From Lama guanicoe (taxonomy: Eukaryota), in NCBI GenBank assembly GCA_013239625.1, contig MU054001.1, forward strand, positions 1,804,151-1,868,150: a DNA stretch of 64,000 bases, in the 5' to 3' direction. Below are positions 40,054 to 53,029 of the stretch, piece after piece. The first letter of the stretch is position 1; each line of letters begins with the position of its first letter. Under the pieces are notes generated by a model. That model saw nothing but the letters and a program-made list of their open reading frames with translations. It was not told where the DNA came from and did not search any database. A program made the translations under genes and the position numbers.

Positions 40054-41767
40054 CTGTTTCAGAAGGAGAAGAGTAAACAATAAGATCTCTTTGAAACTTT
40101 CCATTTTTGGTCAAATTAAGATTGCCATGATAAATTTTCCTCCATTTTATATCACCTGAATGTCCAACCAGAGGTATTTATCATGAAATCCATAATGATA
40201 TTTTCCTCTGAATCCCACCTATTCTCCAAGTTCTAGTCCAGTGGAACAAATATAAACCAATATTACAGCTAACATATTTCTAAGCACAGAAAAGCATTCA
40301 AGTTCTATCACTTGTTTCTTAGGCTCAAGATTATTTTTTATGAGAAAAATTCCAGGTATATAACTATTTAATATTTAAAGTAATTCATTTATTTTATCAT
40401 CTTGTAGGTTTAGAATGAGGGATTTTTTTTCCTTCCACCTCTTATTTAATTCAAATTCCACTTAATTCCTTTGAATCCTACCTATTCTCCAAAAGCCTCT
40501 ACTCTACAGTCTCTATACTCTCTACCCAACAGTAATTTCTCCCTTACTTAAAACATTTTAACAATTAATTGTTCTTTGATTATTTCACTTATGCTAAGCC
40601 TTTTATTAGCTGTACTGTATGTTTCTAAAGAGTAAGAACTTTCTTTTACTTTTTATATTTCTAGAGTATGTAGAAGCTTACCTATCTCTAATATATTCAT
40701 GTATACATGTATATTAACACATTAAATATAAACATCTAAAATGAAAATGTGTTTTCTATATTTTTTCCTGATCAAAGATAGAAGTACTCAGTTCCCACAT
40801 TCCCTTATCTGGTTCAATAGATGGGAGGGCATGATCTTCAAGCACCATACTAGTCTCAAACCACGTTAATTGCTAATCAGGAGAATTCCATTTTAGATAT
40901 CTGTATTCCAAACATAGAAAACTCCCCAAATGCTTTCAAGTGTGACCTATCAGAAATATATCAGAAATTTTTCAACAATTATTAACTAATGTGGGAGAAC
41001 CTGGAGGTTAAGAGTATGCACTTTGAAATCATAGTGTCAAAGATTTAAAACCTGATTTCACTATTTATGTATCTGTGAGATACTGGGCAAATTACTTGAT
41101 AGTTTACTTGTCTGGACAATAGGGACATTACAACAGTTACCTCTATTGCCATTGAGAATTAAGTGGGATAATGTATGTTGGCTCTGAGCACAGTCTTAAC
41201 ACTGTAGTGAGTAGTGATTTCTCAACTAATGGTAATTACATCTATGATGACAGGCACTTTCCTAGGCTCAAGGATTAAAGATAAAGTGGACAAGGTTCCT
41301 AATCTTAACCTGTCATTGTTAGAATATGATCTTAGCTAAAATGCTAAAGAGGAAGTTAGCACAAGGTGTAATGTGAAAGGAAGAAATGCGTATGTTTATG
41401 GAAGAGTAAAGGAGGCTTTACAGAAAAGGTAAAATTTGAGATAGGGAATTGAATGATGAAAGGGAGTCCAAAAGGCAGTGAAAGAAAAGGCAGGGTATAT
41501 TCCAGGCAGGGGGATATCACAGAAGAATGAGAATATGCAGTGATAAGAGCATGTCAGAAACACACAAAGTAGTGCATAAGGAGGAAGCAGAGATGGTCAT
41601 CTAAATAGGGTCAAGATCACAAAAGGCCTTGGTTACATGTAAGGAGCTAATGTTTTAGTTTAGGGCCAGCTTTAAGCTCCACAGGGCAGGACAATAAATG
41701 GCATGGAGATAATTTTGAATGAATTTAAAAAAATTAAGCAATTGGAAGATGGAAGCATTTTAAACAA

Positions 41768-42029
41768 ATTCTGGGGATGTAATGTACAGCATGGTGACTA
41801 CAGTTAACAATACTGAATTATATATTTGAAAGTTGCTGAGACAGTAGATCTTAAAAGTTCTCATCAAAATAAAAAAATGTATATATAACTATGTGAGGAG
41901 ATGGATGTTAACTAAACTTACTGTGGTAATAGTTTCACAATACATACACATATCAAATTATGTCATATACCTTGAACTAGTACACTGTGATATGTCAATT
42001 ACATCTCAATAAAATTGGGAGAAAAAAGA
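41768..42029 (+). mobile_element. L1MA-type 3' end inserted in an L2 remnant
   Basis: taatgtacagcatggtgactacagttaacaatactg...tacatctcaataaa; TSD attttaaacaa at 41757-41767 and 42030-42040. Confidence 0.85.
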
Positions 42030-44711
42030 ATTTTAAACAAGAGAGCAATGCAACTAGAAGGAAGTGAAATCCAAGTCACAGAAACCAGTAACAAGGTGGA
42101 CAATTCAGGTGAGAGATGAATAGTGAAACACAGGGCCACGGTAGTGTGGAAGAAGAGGGAAAGAAAGATACAGTTTTTCATCCTGGAAGCAGAAGCAAGG
42201 ACTTGGTGACTGACTGGATGATGAGATGTGAGGTGAGAAAAAAACTCTAGAATGATTTATTCCCAGGTTATTTTTATATTGGTATGATTACCATCTTCAA
42301 CAGGATAATGGTAACCCTTACTTGATATCTCACCTGCACTCTTCTGAGTATGTGAAATGAACAGGAGTAAAAATATAGCTTATGTTGGAACAAGGAAATC
42401 AGAGGAAGTACAAAAACATATTCTGAAACAATATTAAGAAACCAACAATAGTTATACTCTATTCCCTCTCCCTACTTTCATTGCTCATTTTCTCCCTCTT
42501 CTGGTTCCTGTTCCTTACTCTGATTTCTCTCCTAAAATAAAACTCTCCCTTGAGGTTATATCCACTATTAGATATCACATGATCTTGCTCTTCCTCCTTA
42601 TCCACAGTTCTCAAAAAAGTCGTCTATACTGACTGTTTCTTGCGTTCCTCAACCCACTATAATCTGAACTCAGAACTGCTTTTCATATTCATACCTTCCA
42701 TTTATTCAGCGTTTAGTGGGTCAGCCTCTGCTAACTTTACACGCATTCTCTCACTTAATGTTCATACAACTCAGAAAGGCAAGTACTATTAATTTATAAG
42801 AGGTAATTGAGGCTTAGAGAAGTTAAATTACTTGTTTAAAAGTCACACCAATAGTAAGCATAGAGATAGAAATTAAATATTCTATTTACTTCAGGACTCA
42901 CTCTAAAGCCTGAACTCCTGAAGTCTAAGACCACAAATGATGTGGTGTGTCCAATGGAAATTTAAGAAGTTTTATCTTCCAACACATAACTAATTACTTT
43001 TTCTTTTTCTGCACCCCTGGGATCCATGACATGACATTCTTCTGGTTTTCACTAAACTTTTTTGGCTCTTCTTCTTTTAGAATGTTGGTTTCCAGCAGGA
43101 TTCAGTCTTTTCTGTCAATGCCTTAAACTTTGGTATTTCTCAAAGTTCTGTCCTCAGCTTTCTTTCCTCTCCTATATACTATTCCTAGGAAATTCAATTT
43201 AATCTATTCTTAACTACCACTTACAAGCTGAAGATTCTTAAATCTCTTCTTATCTCTAGTTCTGACATTCCCCTCAACTTCAGATTCATATAACCAACTG
43301 TTTTAGACAAATCCATATAGATACCCCACAGACATTAAAATCTTAAAATGCCCCCCAAATGCAATCCCTCACTTTGCCTAAAACTAACAGTGTATTAATA
43401 TTAAAGTATAATGTTGACTCAGAAAAGTATACACATCAAGAGTACAGCTCAATGAATTTTCTCAAACTGAAAATAAATATATAACCAGCTTTTAGATCAA
43501 GAAACAAGACATTATTAGTTTCCCTGAAGTCTCCAGGTACGCTTTCTCTTCCAATAACCTCCTCCCAAGGGTAACCATTATGCTACATGTGGTTACTTAA
43601 TACAACCTGAGGCACTTGTGCAGATGATTTTCAATGGCAAGGTAAGGGATAACCCGAAGTAGAACAATTAGTGGAAATGTATTTTTCATGTACTCCACTA
43701 TTTGCTATCTCCAAACCTAAATGCATATTTTACATTAGTTTATAGATGAGGACAACACTAGTGAAAGGAAAGTTTCTGAAATAGTTACTTAAACAACAAT
43801 TTTCTATGAAATGTAGATCAAGGTCTGTTAACATCCTTTAATATACTGCTTAAAAAGGCATTTTCTCACTGCTTGATAAGCGAAATAAATTATGTATATG
43901 AAATACATATTCTGACATGGTATCTAAGTGGCTGCTTTATAGACTCAAATCCCATTGAATAAAAACTTCAATGAAATCAGAAGCAGAGATATTTAAATTT
44001 TTTGTATTTATGAATGACTATGAAGAGGTTATACCTTTCCTTCTAGTAGTATAAAGTAATTAAATGAAAACTCTCCAAGGACAGTGGACTAAGCTCCTTA
44101 AACATCACTTTTATAAATAAATACGGCCTAAATACTACTAAGTGCTACCCAATCAATCTTAACTCACTTTTTTTGGTACAGGGGGGTAGGTTAGATAAAT
44201 GTTTCCTATAATACCTTAGCTAAACCTTCACTTATTAATTATTTTAAAAATGTACTTATTAAAAAAAAATCTTTAAATTTTTATTTTTCATATATTCTGT
44301 GTTTTCTTCCAATATTTTTCTATAGGTCTAGAATAGCTTCTTATTTCATAAACTGATTAACTATTCTTAACACATGCAAAAATATTTTTTAAATTCTAAC
44401 TTTGTAAGAGATATCTCAAATACAGTAGTTTCCTACTAAATCTCTGAGGTCCAAAATATTTATAAACACCCATTCTGTTCAAAAAAGGTACATTTCCATG
44501 GTAGGAAAAAAAGTTGATTCTAAAACTTGAAGTCATTCCTGACTGACGTAATTCTAAATTTTTCAAAAAAGGATAAATATAAATATACATACACACATAC
44601 TACGGTTACTTACATAGAACATTGATTCTGGAAATAACGAAGTCATACTAGTTTATTATAAGTTTTAAAATGGTATATAAGGTTACTACAACAAATTTGG
44701 TTAATATTGAT

Positions 44712-45251
44712 CAGTAATCCCTAAATGTGTGAGGCTGGCTTCATCAGTATCTTGTTTGTTAAAAATACAGATTCCTGATGAGGAAAACACAACAAACCCA
44801 AATTGAGAGACATTCTACAAAATAACTGGCCAGTATGATTCAAAGTTGAAAATGTTATTACAGACAAAGACGGAAGGATTAATCCAAAATGGAGGAGTGT
44901 AAGGAGACATGACAACAAAATAAAATGTAAGATACTGAACCAGATTTTGGCCAAAAAAATGGAACAACTGACTCAATCTGCTTAAGGTCTGTAAATAAGT
45001 TAGGGGGACTGTATAAGTGTTTACTTTCTGGTTTTGATCATTGTGCTGTGTTACATAACGTGTTAACACTTGAGGAAGCTGGGTGAAGAGCCCGAAGAAA
45101 CTTTGACCTATTTTTGCAAATCTGAGATTAGGTCAAAATAAAAACAAAACAAAATCCCAGATTTGTAGGTTCCAACTCCAGAATTCTGATCTGCTAAGTG
45201 GGACCCCAACTGGACTTAAAAAAAATTCCCACCCAGGTTTGGGAACCACTG
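44712..45251. mobile_element. MER5-like element split by an L1MC-type 3' fragment (~44776-45150, +)
   Basis: Right TIR tttgggaaccactg; left half ends ttgttaaaaatacagattcct; insert has aaacccaaattgagagacattctacaaaataactggcc. Confidence 0.65.
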
Positions 45252-46954
45252 GCTTAAAATATTAGTGAAGAAAACTCTAGGAACAAATATTCATGATAAT
45301 AAAACTATTATATACTTATAGAACACTAAAAATTTCAAAGTGCTTTTATCTACAATATCTCAGTTGATCCTAAGAAAAACTCACAGGTGAGGCATGCATT
45401 GATCCCGCTAAACTAATAGGGAAACTTTAGCCCTAAAATAGAAAACAAACTGTTACAATCACAAGTCTAGTAAAAGACAATAAAGGTCTCTTTACTCCTA
45501 CTCTAGTATTTCCAACATATCTTATTGACTTTAAAATAAAATGGCACTATACTTCAACCAGTCAACAGATATTTAATATAAGTAAATATAGCTGAATGAA
45601 TAAAAAGAATTATGAAACTACATTATCTTTTAGTAAATTATTAAGCTTAAAGTTTACTGACTTTTGAAAGACCAGAAATTTCTATTGCCTGTACAATGAC
45701 AGTTGATAGCCATAAGAGTTACCTGAAGGAAATAAGATGATCCGAAAGAGAAGAAAGAAGATAAAATCAGTTAAGTAAAATGCCCAATCACCAAAAGCAT
45801 TCTATTTTATTTTTCCATTATGGAAAATGATGGTAATAAATAAATAAATAAATAAATAAGGTGGATAGTTTCAATAAAACTGATAGACAGTTCTTCAATA
45901 AATTGATATTCTTCAAATAAATTAATAGTTTGCTATTCCTAGAAGTATTGCCAAAATAAAGCAACAAAGCAATACAGAATATATTAATAAAAGCTTTATG
46001 CAAGTTTTCTTTCTTAAAACATTAAAGGGATCTGTTAACAATGCTAGCCAACTGCAGCAACAGATATTCAGGCATGTAAAAGAACCAAATATCAAAACAT
46101 AGCGTGTTTCAGACAGCAAAGGGTAATTTCACACTAAGTATAAATTTGAAATGTTAATTCATTTGGTAAGTATAGGCACTAGAAAACCTCAGTGTTTATA
46201 CTTGATGTCTATATTAGATTTTCAGATGTAATTTATGCACTCATCTAAATCCCGCCCACATGTTATTAGTAGAGGCTGTGTAACAAGCTGCATTCTACAC
46301 AGTGTCAATCTGTAATTGCCCCCTGTAGATTTTCTCATTGCAATAATTGGACAAACAATGAATCTTACCCAATTAGTCCATTTGTTGTAATTAATGCATC
46401 TAATTCATCATAAGTAAAGGAAAAAAGCAAAAATAGTATTTCACATTATAATTTTTTTTCATTGCAGGAACAGTGGAAGGTACTGGGGCTATTTTTAAAG
46501 TCATCAAATATACATATGTATATTTTTACATAAGAAACAAATTTAAACTTGATGAAATTACTCCAGTTTAAAGTTCAACTCAAGACTCTAGCTTAAATTC
46601 ATGAGGGAAAACTTAAGTTTTAAAGAGTTTCTTTATTTTACTTAATCCTTAAATTTGTGAAAGTGACATTGTATTACTGTAAGCTCTTTGGTAACTTGAA
46701 CTATAAATCATTTCTTGTTTAAGGTTGGACATCATTTTTTTCCCCAAAAAGTTGAATTCACTGAGTTGTTTCATATAAACAGATACCAAAGTCCAAGTAC
46801 TAGCAAGGACTAATCATAGTCAATATATTTATCAGCACAGTTTAATTCTTACTCTTAAAAAAACTTGTTTCTTCTTTTTAAAAAATTAAAATGATGTTTA
46901 TGCTTAAAAATACTGACAAAATAGGAACATTAAAATCAAGTAACTTTACTCCAG

Positions 46955-47125
46955 TGTCTCCAAGATACACATTTTCCCCACATATTAACATCTGTGAAAT
47001 CAAGGTTCATCTAATAATCAGATATGCCATAGTTTTAACTAGCAATGTATTTTTTCTTTCTTACTAACGTATAAAATAATGGTGTGTCTTATAATCAGTG
47101 ACATTGTAGATTCAATGAAATATAG
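46955..47125. mobile_element. MER104-like Tc/mariner-type DNA transposon remnant
   Basis: ataaaataatggtgtgtcttataatc...tagattcaatgaaatatag resembles MER104 as recalled. Confidence 0.6.
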
Positions 47126-48416
47126 CACATCATTTGCTGATAAATCTTACCAACATATTTTATGTAAAGTTATATGTCAAAAAATGGAAATATAAATCTT
47201 AACTAAATTCACAATAATACAAAACACATATTTCAATTCTTTCTGCAGATAAATATGTTTCAGATTTTCTCTGAATTTAAGTTTAGATGTAAGAAGTGAA
47301 ATCAGTAAAACATTTTATCTTCTTGGCATTTAAAAATTATAGAACTTATATAGAGACTACTATAGAACTTACATAGTAAACTACTACTTACAATGATTAA
47401 TTAAAAATACATAACAAATTTTTACCATACAATTTTTCAAACTGATTTTTAATCATATATGCCAAGAAACGATTAATTAATATATTTATATTTTATCCAG
47501 GTACTAAATTCCTATTGTTTTGAATAATTGTAATCAGGGTCTCACTTGTTACTTTATTAACATGGACTATAAAGGTGTTAATTCCCTATTTCTGATGATT
47601 TATCTTATTTTTACCTTAGATTTTGTTCATATTATTTTTTAAATATGTAAGACATATGTAAATGTCTCTTTATAGACATACTTAAGTGTTAGTTTTGTTT
47701 AAAAATACACATATATATGCATGTGTATACATATGGTGATAGGTAATTAATAAATGTTATTTCACTTCTTCCTTATTGGGGGTTCAGAGCGACTACAGAA
47801 AAAAGGCGCACAATATAATTTCCATATCTAATTAAACGTTTTATTGCTTTTCTTTATAATATAACATCCTTAATTTCTACTTGATTTGATAAATATTTCC
47901 TAAATTAGATGTTTTCTGCTTTAACTAAAAAGAAAAGCTACTTCTAGTACCTGATAATTGGCATTCTAGTAACAAACAGAAAGAATAATTGTGAATAATA
48001 CAAAAAATTTTTTTTTAACTTTTAATCATGAAGTACTTTTACTGATTAAATTTATAGGGCCACAGGTACATTTTTAAGTGTCAAAGTCACTTTACCTATC
48101 AGTCTGATACTCTAACACAAAGAAGTAAATTATAACTGTCAACACGGAAATGTACTTTAAATGTCAAAGTTATAAAATACAAATTTTAAAATGCTTCAAT
48201 CAAATCATGTGATATTTTATTACATATCTAAAACTGAATAAAGCCATAAGAAAATTCTACTGGAAGTCTTAGAAAAAATTTATTCTAGAATTTAACTCTA
48301 CTATTACTAAACCATTAGTTTTGTCCCTGTGATTTTATGACAGATTAGCCTGTCACTTCTGTTTTTGATACAACAAATCAAATGCAACCATTTGGTGTCA
48401 TTTAATACTTAATCTT

Positions 48417-48458
48417 CCATTCATTCATTCATTCATTCATTCCATTCCATTCCATTCA
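48417..48458. repeat. Compound (CATT)n/(CCATT)n simple repeat, likely an L2 tail
   Basis: cattcattcattc...tccattccattcc. Confidence 0.8.
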
Positions 48459-48964
48459 TGGAGCAACTATTATGTACCTACAATTACTAAAGAAATGCCT
48501 GCTCCTCTACTTGAAAGGCAGCTTCTTAGAATCTGCCTGGCCAAGATTATGAAAATCATTAAAGTAGAAAAAGGTTGTTTCCAGTCCTACGTCACTTTTC
48601 ATTTTACAACTGCCATTTCCATTTCAGCTCACAGCCTTCCACATAATCATGTAATTCCTTTCAAATCCAGGCACATTTCAAAGAAAATATACCTGTCCTA
48701 AATGCTACTCTAGCTATTCTGATAAACAGAGGAATGCTAATGTGAAATAAAAACCTTTAATAACCTATTATCCTTTTTTACCAGATAGCAACTGTTTCTG
48801 TTTTCGTTTGCTGCTTGATTTTTTAACTGATCTTACTTAGGAACAGAGCCTTAATGGAAACAGAACCTAGACAGATAGGTGAGAGCTTAGGCTTGAAGGA
48901 AGGCACATGGCTCTTGGCCTTGGCTTTTACCTTAAGTAGCTGTATGCTATTCATGTTATCAGAA

Positions 48965-49210
48965 AATAATGGCTAACATTATTAACAGGTGTTCTATATT
49001 CTTTAAACATTACTAAATCATTTCATCTTCAAAAATAACACTATGAGGCAAACACTAACTATCATTATACTCATTCTACACACAAAGAAACTAAAACTTG
49101 GAGATGTTAAGTATTTGCCCAGGGTAACACTGCATGTAAGTGACAAAGGGGTATTTGAATAAGTGCAACTGGCTCCATAGCCAAAGAATTTAAGCACATT
49201 ACTATGCTGC
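48965..49210 (-). mobile_element. MIR SINE
   Basis: Reverse MIR core gagatgttaagtatttgcccagggtaacac. Confidence 0.65.
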
Positions 49211-51734
49211 ATGCCCAATCTAACTCACAGAACTGTTCTAAAGGTTAAATAAGACTTTATGAAAGTCTCTGAAAAGGACACTCTAGTCCTTGTATCAAAA
49301 AAAATTAATCCATGAAAGTGACAGAAATAATGAAAAGGTTTCACGCATACTAGCAAGCAGAGGCAGTACTGGTTTTCTTCAGATTAGTCTTCCTAGATTA
49401 CATCAAATTGCATATGTGGGTTAAATAACCACCACCTCTGATTATATATCAACCATAACTTACTGTTTACAAATTTAGTTACTTTTGAAATTTATATTTC
49501 ACATCGCTCATGGTTAAGTTCCAGCACACATTCTCTTTAATTTTATCTGATATAAACCATCTGATATTAGCAAAGGTCCGATTCTTATAAAACTAATAGA
49601 AAAATAAAATTTTTACAAGAAAATGTTTAATACATCATGAAATACTATTAATTAGAATGGTACAACTAAACTATTTAAATAATGGTTCTTCACACAAAAA
49701 TTTAAAACTTGGCAAATTCAAAATTATTAACGTATATTTAGCTTATAGGGAAGCACAGTATTGAAATACTTCAAGGGACCAATATGGAATTCTAGATTGT
49801 CCATGAATTTCATTTTCAACCATGCTTTTTCCTCCAACATGATAATAATCTTTGGTTGCTTGATAAAGATGATCAAGAAACTATTTCACTCCAAGAGCTT
49901 AATAATATATAAGCAAGCTTCACTTTCACTTGCCTTCAATTTACAAATTCCTCTATCAAAAAGTCTTATACTCTCAAGAAGTTTTCTATCAGTTATTTAA
50001 TATCCTGCCACTTAAATATCTTTCCAATACAACATTCACCTATTTTCTCAAGATGCTACATTTAAAAACAAGTACTAAATTGATCAATGCTGTGTAGTAT
50101 TACAATAATGTACCATTAATAATTTACCTATTTCTAACAAAAATACAAATATCATAGAATAAGTCTTATACTCTACTCTAATACTTTAGTTTCCTGCCAT
50201 ATTAATCCACATTTTTCAAAAATCTGTGTATATATATTATAATTTATAATAATTCTATTAAATTTAATTATTTCTAGTTTCCCCTTATATACTGTTTTTT
50301 ATTGAATCAGATTCACTTCTGGTATCTTTTGCCTCTAGCCATCTCTTCACCCCTCTCCACCAGCCCAAATTTAAACTTATTGTAACTTTTGAGGTTTCTC
50401 CACCGATTTCCTCTTATTTTTATGTATTATTTTTAAATATCCTTCCAAAGGGTAACATAACTTTGCCTATCTATATCTTTATGTAAGTTAAACTGGAACA
50501 CTTTACTAATGGTAACTTTTAATACATTAAAGGATTAAATATAGTGTTTCCTAAATTAAAACTAGACAAAATATTGAAAAAATGATACCTTCATACAAAA
50601 CCTTTACATAAAAGGAGTTGAAATCTAACCTTCAAATTTCACTTTAGCTATCTGCAAATAAAATGTAAAATCAATAACATTAATTATGGCTCTATTATAG
50701 CAACAGAGCCTGTGTTATTTAACAGTTTGGACTGAGAGGCAACACGACCTCATGATATAACTCAGTTTGGTGGCTGCAATTAAAATGCTGAGAATTAATT
50801 GTTTATAAAATTGTGTTAGTTCTAAATAGTTATATAATGCATCAATAATTTCTTAAGCAAATGAAGATTTTTATAATACGGGAATTTTTTTCTTTACTGT
50901 GTACTTTTTTGTGTGGAAAAAAGAAAACAGATTATCTAAAATTTTATATAAAGCCTTCAAATAACCAAATATTACTGCAAAAAACAATTCTAAACTATAT
51001 GTTGGCCTTAGATTCTTTTTATCCTTGTATGCAAAACAGACACATATATAAAACAAATAATAAAACTTCTTATATTTTATTTTTTGAAAATGTATTAGGC
51101 AACTAGTCAAATAAAAATACCTAGGATTAATGGACCTTCCTAAAACAATTCTTTGTCTTTATAATTCTCTTGGAGCATTAATCCTCACCTGGCCTCTTTA
51201 TTATATAAAGTAAACCTGAAAGACTGTAAGGGAGTAAGTGTGTAAGAGCGGAGTGCTGCTTATTATTGATTAAAATGGTCTCAGTTTTCCTGCCATTTCA
51301 CTTAGTTCAAAGTAGTGGGTTTATGAGAAAATATTGTATTTCATGTTTCCAAACTATAAGATGCCCAATGAAGTACAATTATGAGTAAAAAAGTCTTAAA
51401 AGAATTTCAAGGCACTTTTTATAAAGAAAGTGAATCTGGAACTAGCACAGCAATATGGGTTTTGTTTTGTTTTCTCTGTGTTATATATAAAATATTTTCC
51501 TATTTACTAACATTAATGAACAAAAAGGTATGTTAACAGAATAGCAAAATTTAGTAAATTCTGGAATATTACTTAATTCATTCAAAAAGGCAGTAAGATA
51601 CACATAGTATTTAACAACTTACAACTCCAAAGTGGGAATAAACACATCACATGCAAATCAAAAGTTAAAGATTAAACAGATTGCACTTTCACAAAAAATT
51701 CAAAGGAATAACATTTAATTTTTAACCAACTTAC

Positions 51735-52066
51735 CCAATTTTTGTCTTCTCTTTTAACTTAGAACAAGTTTTTGTTTTTTTGCTCTCTTTGTCCTTTGGC
51801 TTGGATTTCATCCTTCTACCTTTCTTTTCATCTTTTCCTTCAATTGAAGCACTAGGAAAGTTTTCAGGGCTCATTACTCGTGGAATATTGCGTTCCCCAC
51901 GCTCCTTTGCTTTTGCTATGGCCTCTGATATTATACGATTAGCCTTTTCTTGCTTGCTTTCTGATTCCACCTTTTTTCTCTGCTTCCTCTCGGACATGAT
52001 CCTCACCTGGGTATTCTGCAACTTAGTATATGTCCCAGAACCATCACTCTTCTTGGAAGATGGAGG
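51735..52066 (-). CDS. CHD9: CHD9 exon ~3 (332 nt): PPSSKKSDGSGTYTKLQNTQV...KLKEKTKI(G)
   Basis: Acceptor tttctctag|CCT, donor GG|gtaagt; overlaps ORF 51731..52021. Confidence 0.95.
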
Positions 52067-52872
52067 CTAGAGAAACAGAATAATTTTTATACACTATACC
52101 AAAGTACATTTAAACAATTAACTTAAGTAAACAAAAATTTAGAATTAAGCTTCAAGAAGTAAAATACATAAGCAAATATGAGTGCTACAAATAAATTGAA
52201 AATTAAAATATTTTGCTGATCTAGAAATTAGTGTAGGTATAAAATAAAAAGCTCAAATTACTATTTTTAAAAATGAAGGGTAAAGAAGGATAATATAGAT
52301 TCATTGATATTTTCAAGCATTCTTTACTAGTTGATTCAAATTTTGTCCTATAAATATAGCTAATTCAAATTTAACCATGTAAATATTCTGGGCATCTGAA
52401 ATAAGTCTTTTCTTTCCTCTTCACTCCAAAACTCTGAAAATTATTAATAAAATTTAAATAGCAACTTCGATTTAAAATGACTACTCCCTATAGTTTATTA
52501 TGATTTTTAGAAAAATAAAGCCTCTCTGCTTTACAAGATACTGGAACTAGAACCTGAAATCATTTAAATCATTTTAATGTGCAATCTATGCGGCAACATA
52601 GCTAGTTAGTAAACAAACATTCCCATACTTAAAATTAGAGAAAGTTTTAGTTTTTCTGTGAAAGAGTTAAATGAAGATCTATTTTTCTCTTTCTATTTCA
52701 TATTTTGCTCAAGCAATTCTGGAAAAAAACAAGTTTTACAGTTTTACGTTAAAATTATTAATATTTAAGCAATATCACAGGAAGCAGATCAACAGCATTT
52801 AAAAAAAATATATACTCTTCAAACACGCATTCATCCACATATTCTTAGATCACAGTTTTGTTATGTTCTTAC

Positions 52873-52890
52873 CCGTAAACATGCCTCTGA
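52873..52890 (-). CDS. CHD9: Candidate 18-nt cassette microexon (SEACLR)
   Basis: Acceptor ggtttttttccttgctgtag|TCA, donor CGG|gtaaga, frame-preserving in phase 0, no stop codon. Confidence 0.5.
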
Positions 52891-53029
52891 CTACAGCAAG
52901 GAAAAAAACCACCAGGAATTTCCAAACACATTTTCATGCTGATTCCAGTGTGCTTCACTGGATATCTTTTCTATACCTGCCTCATCAAAGGTTTCATAGC
53001 AGTGCTGCAGCACTGGGAAAGGAAGGAGG

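Noticed and set aside
51780..52070. 96-aa plus-strand ORF (also 5086..5277, 15685..15873, 18747..18941)
   Set aside because: Antisense shadows of CHD9 exons with no independent protein features
52880..52882. ATG within the candidate microexon as an alternative CHD9 start
   Set aside because: Out of frame with exon 3; gives MFTASIFQEE then a stop
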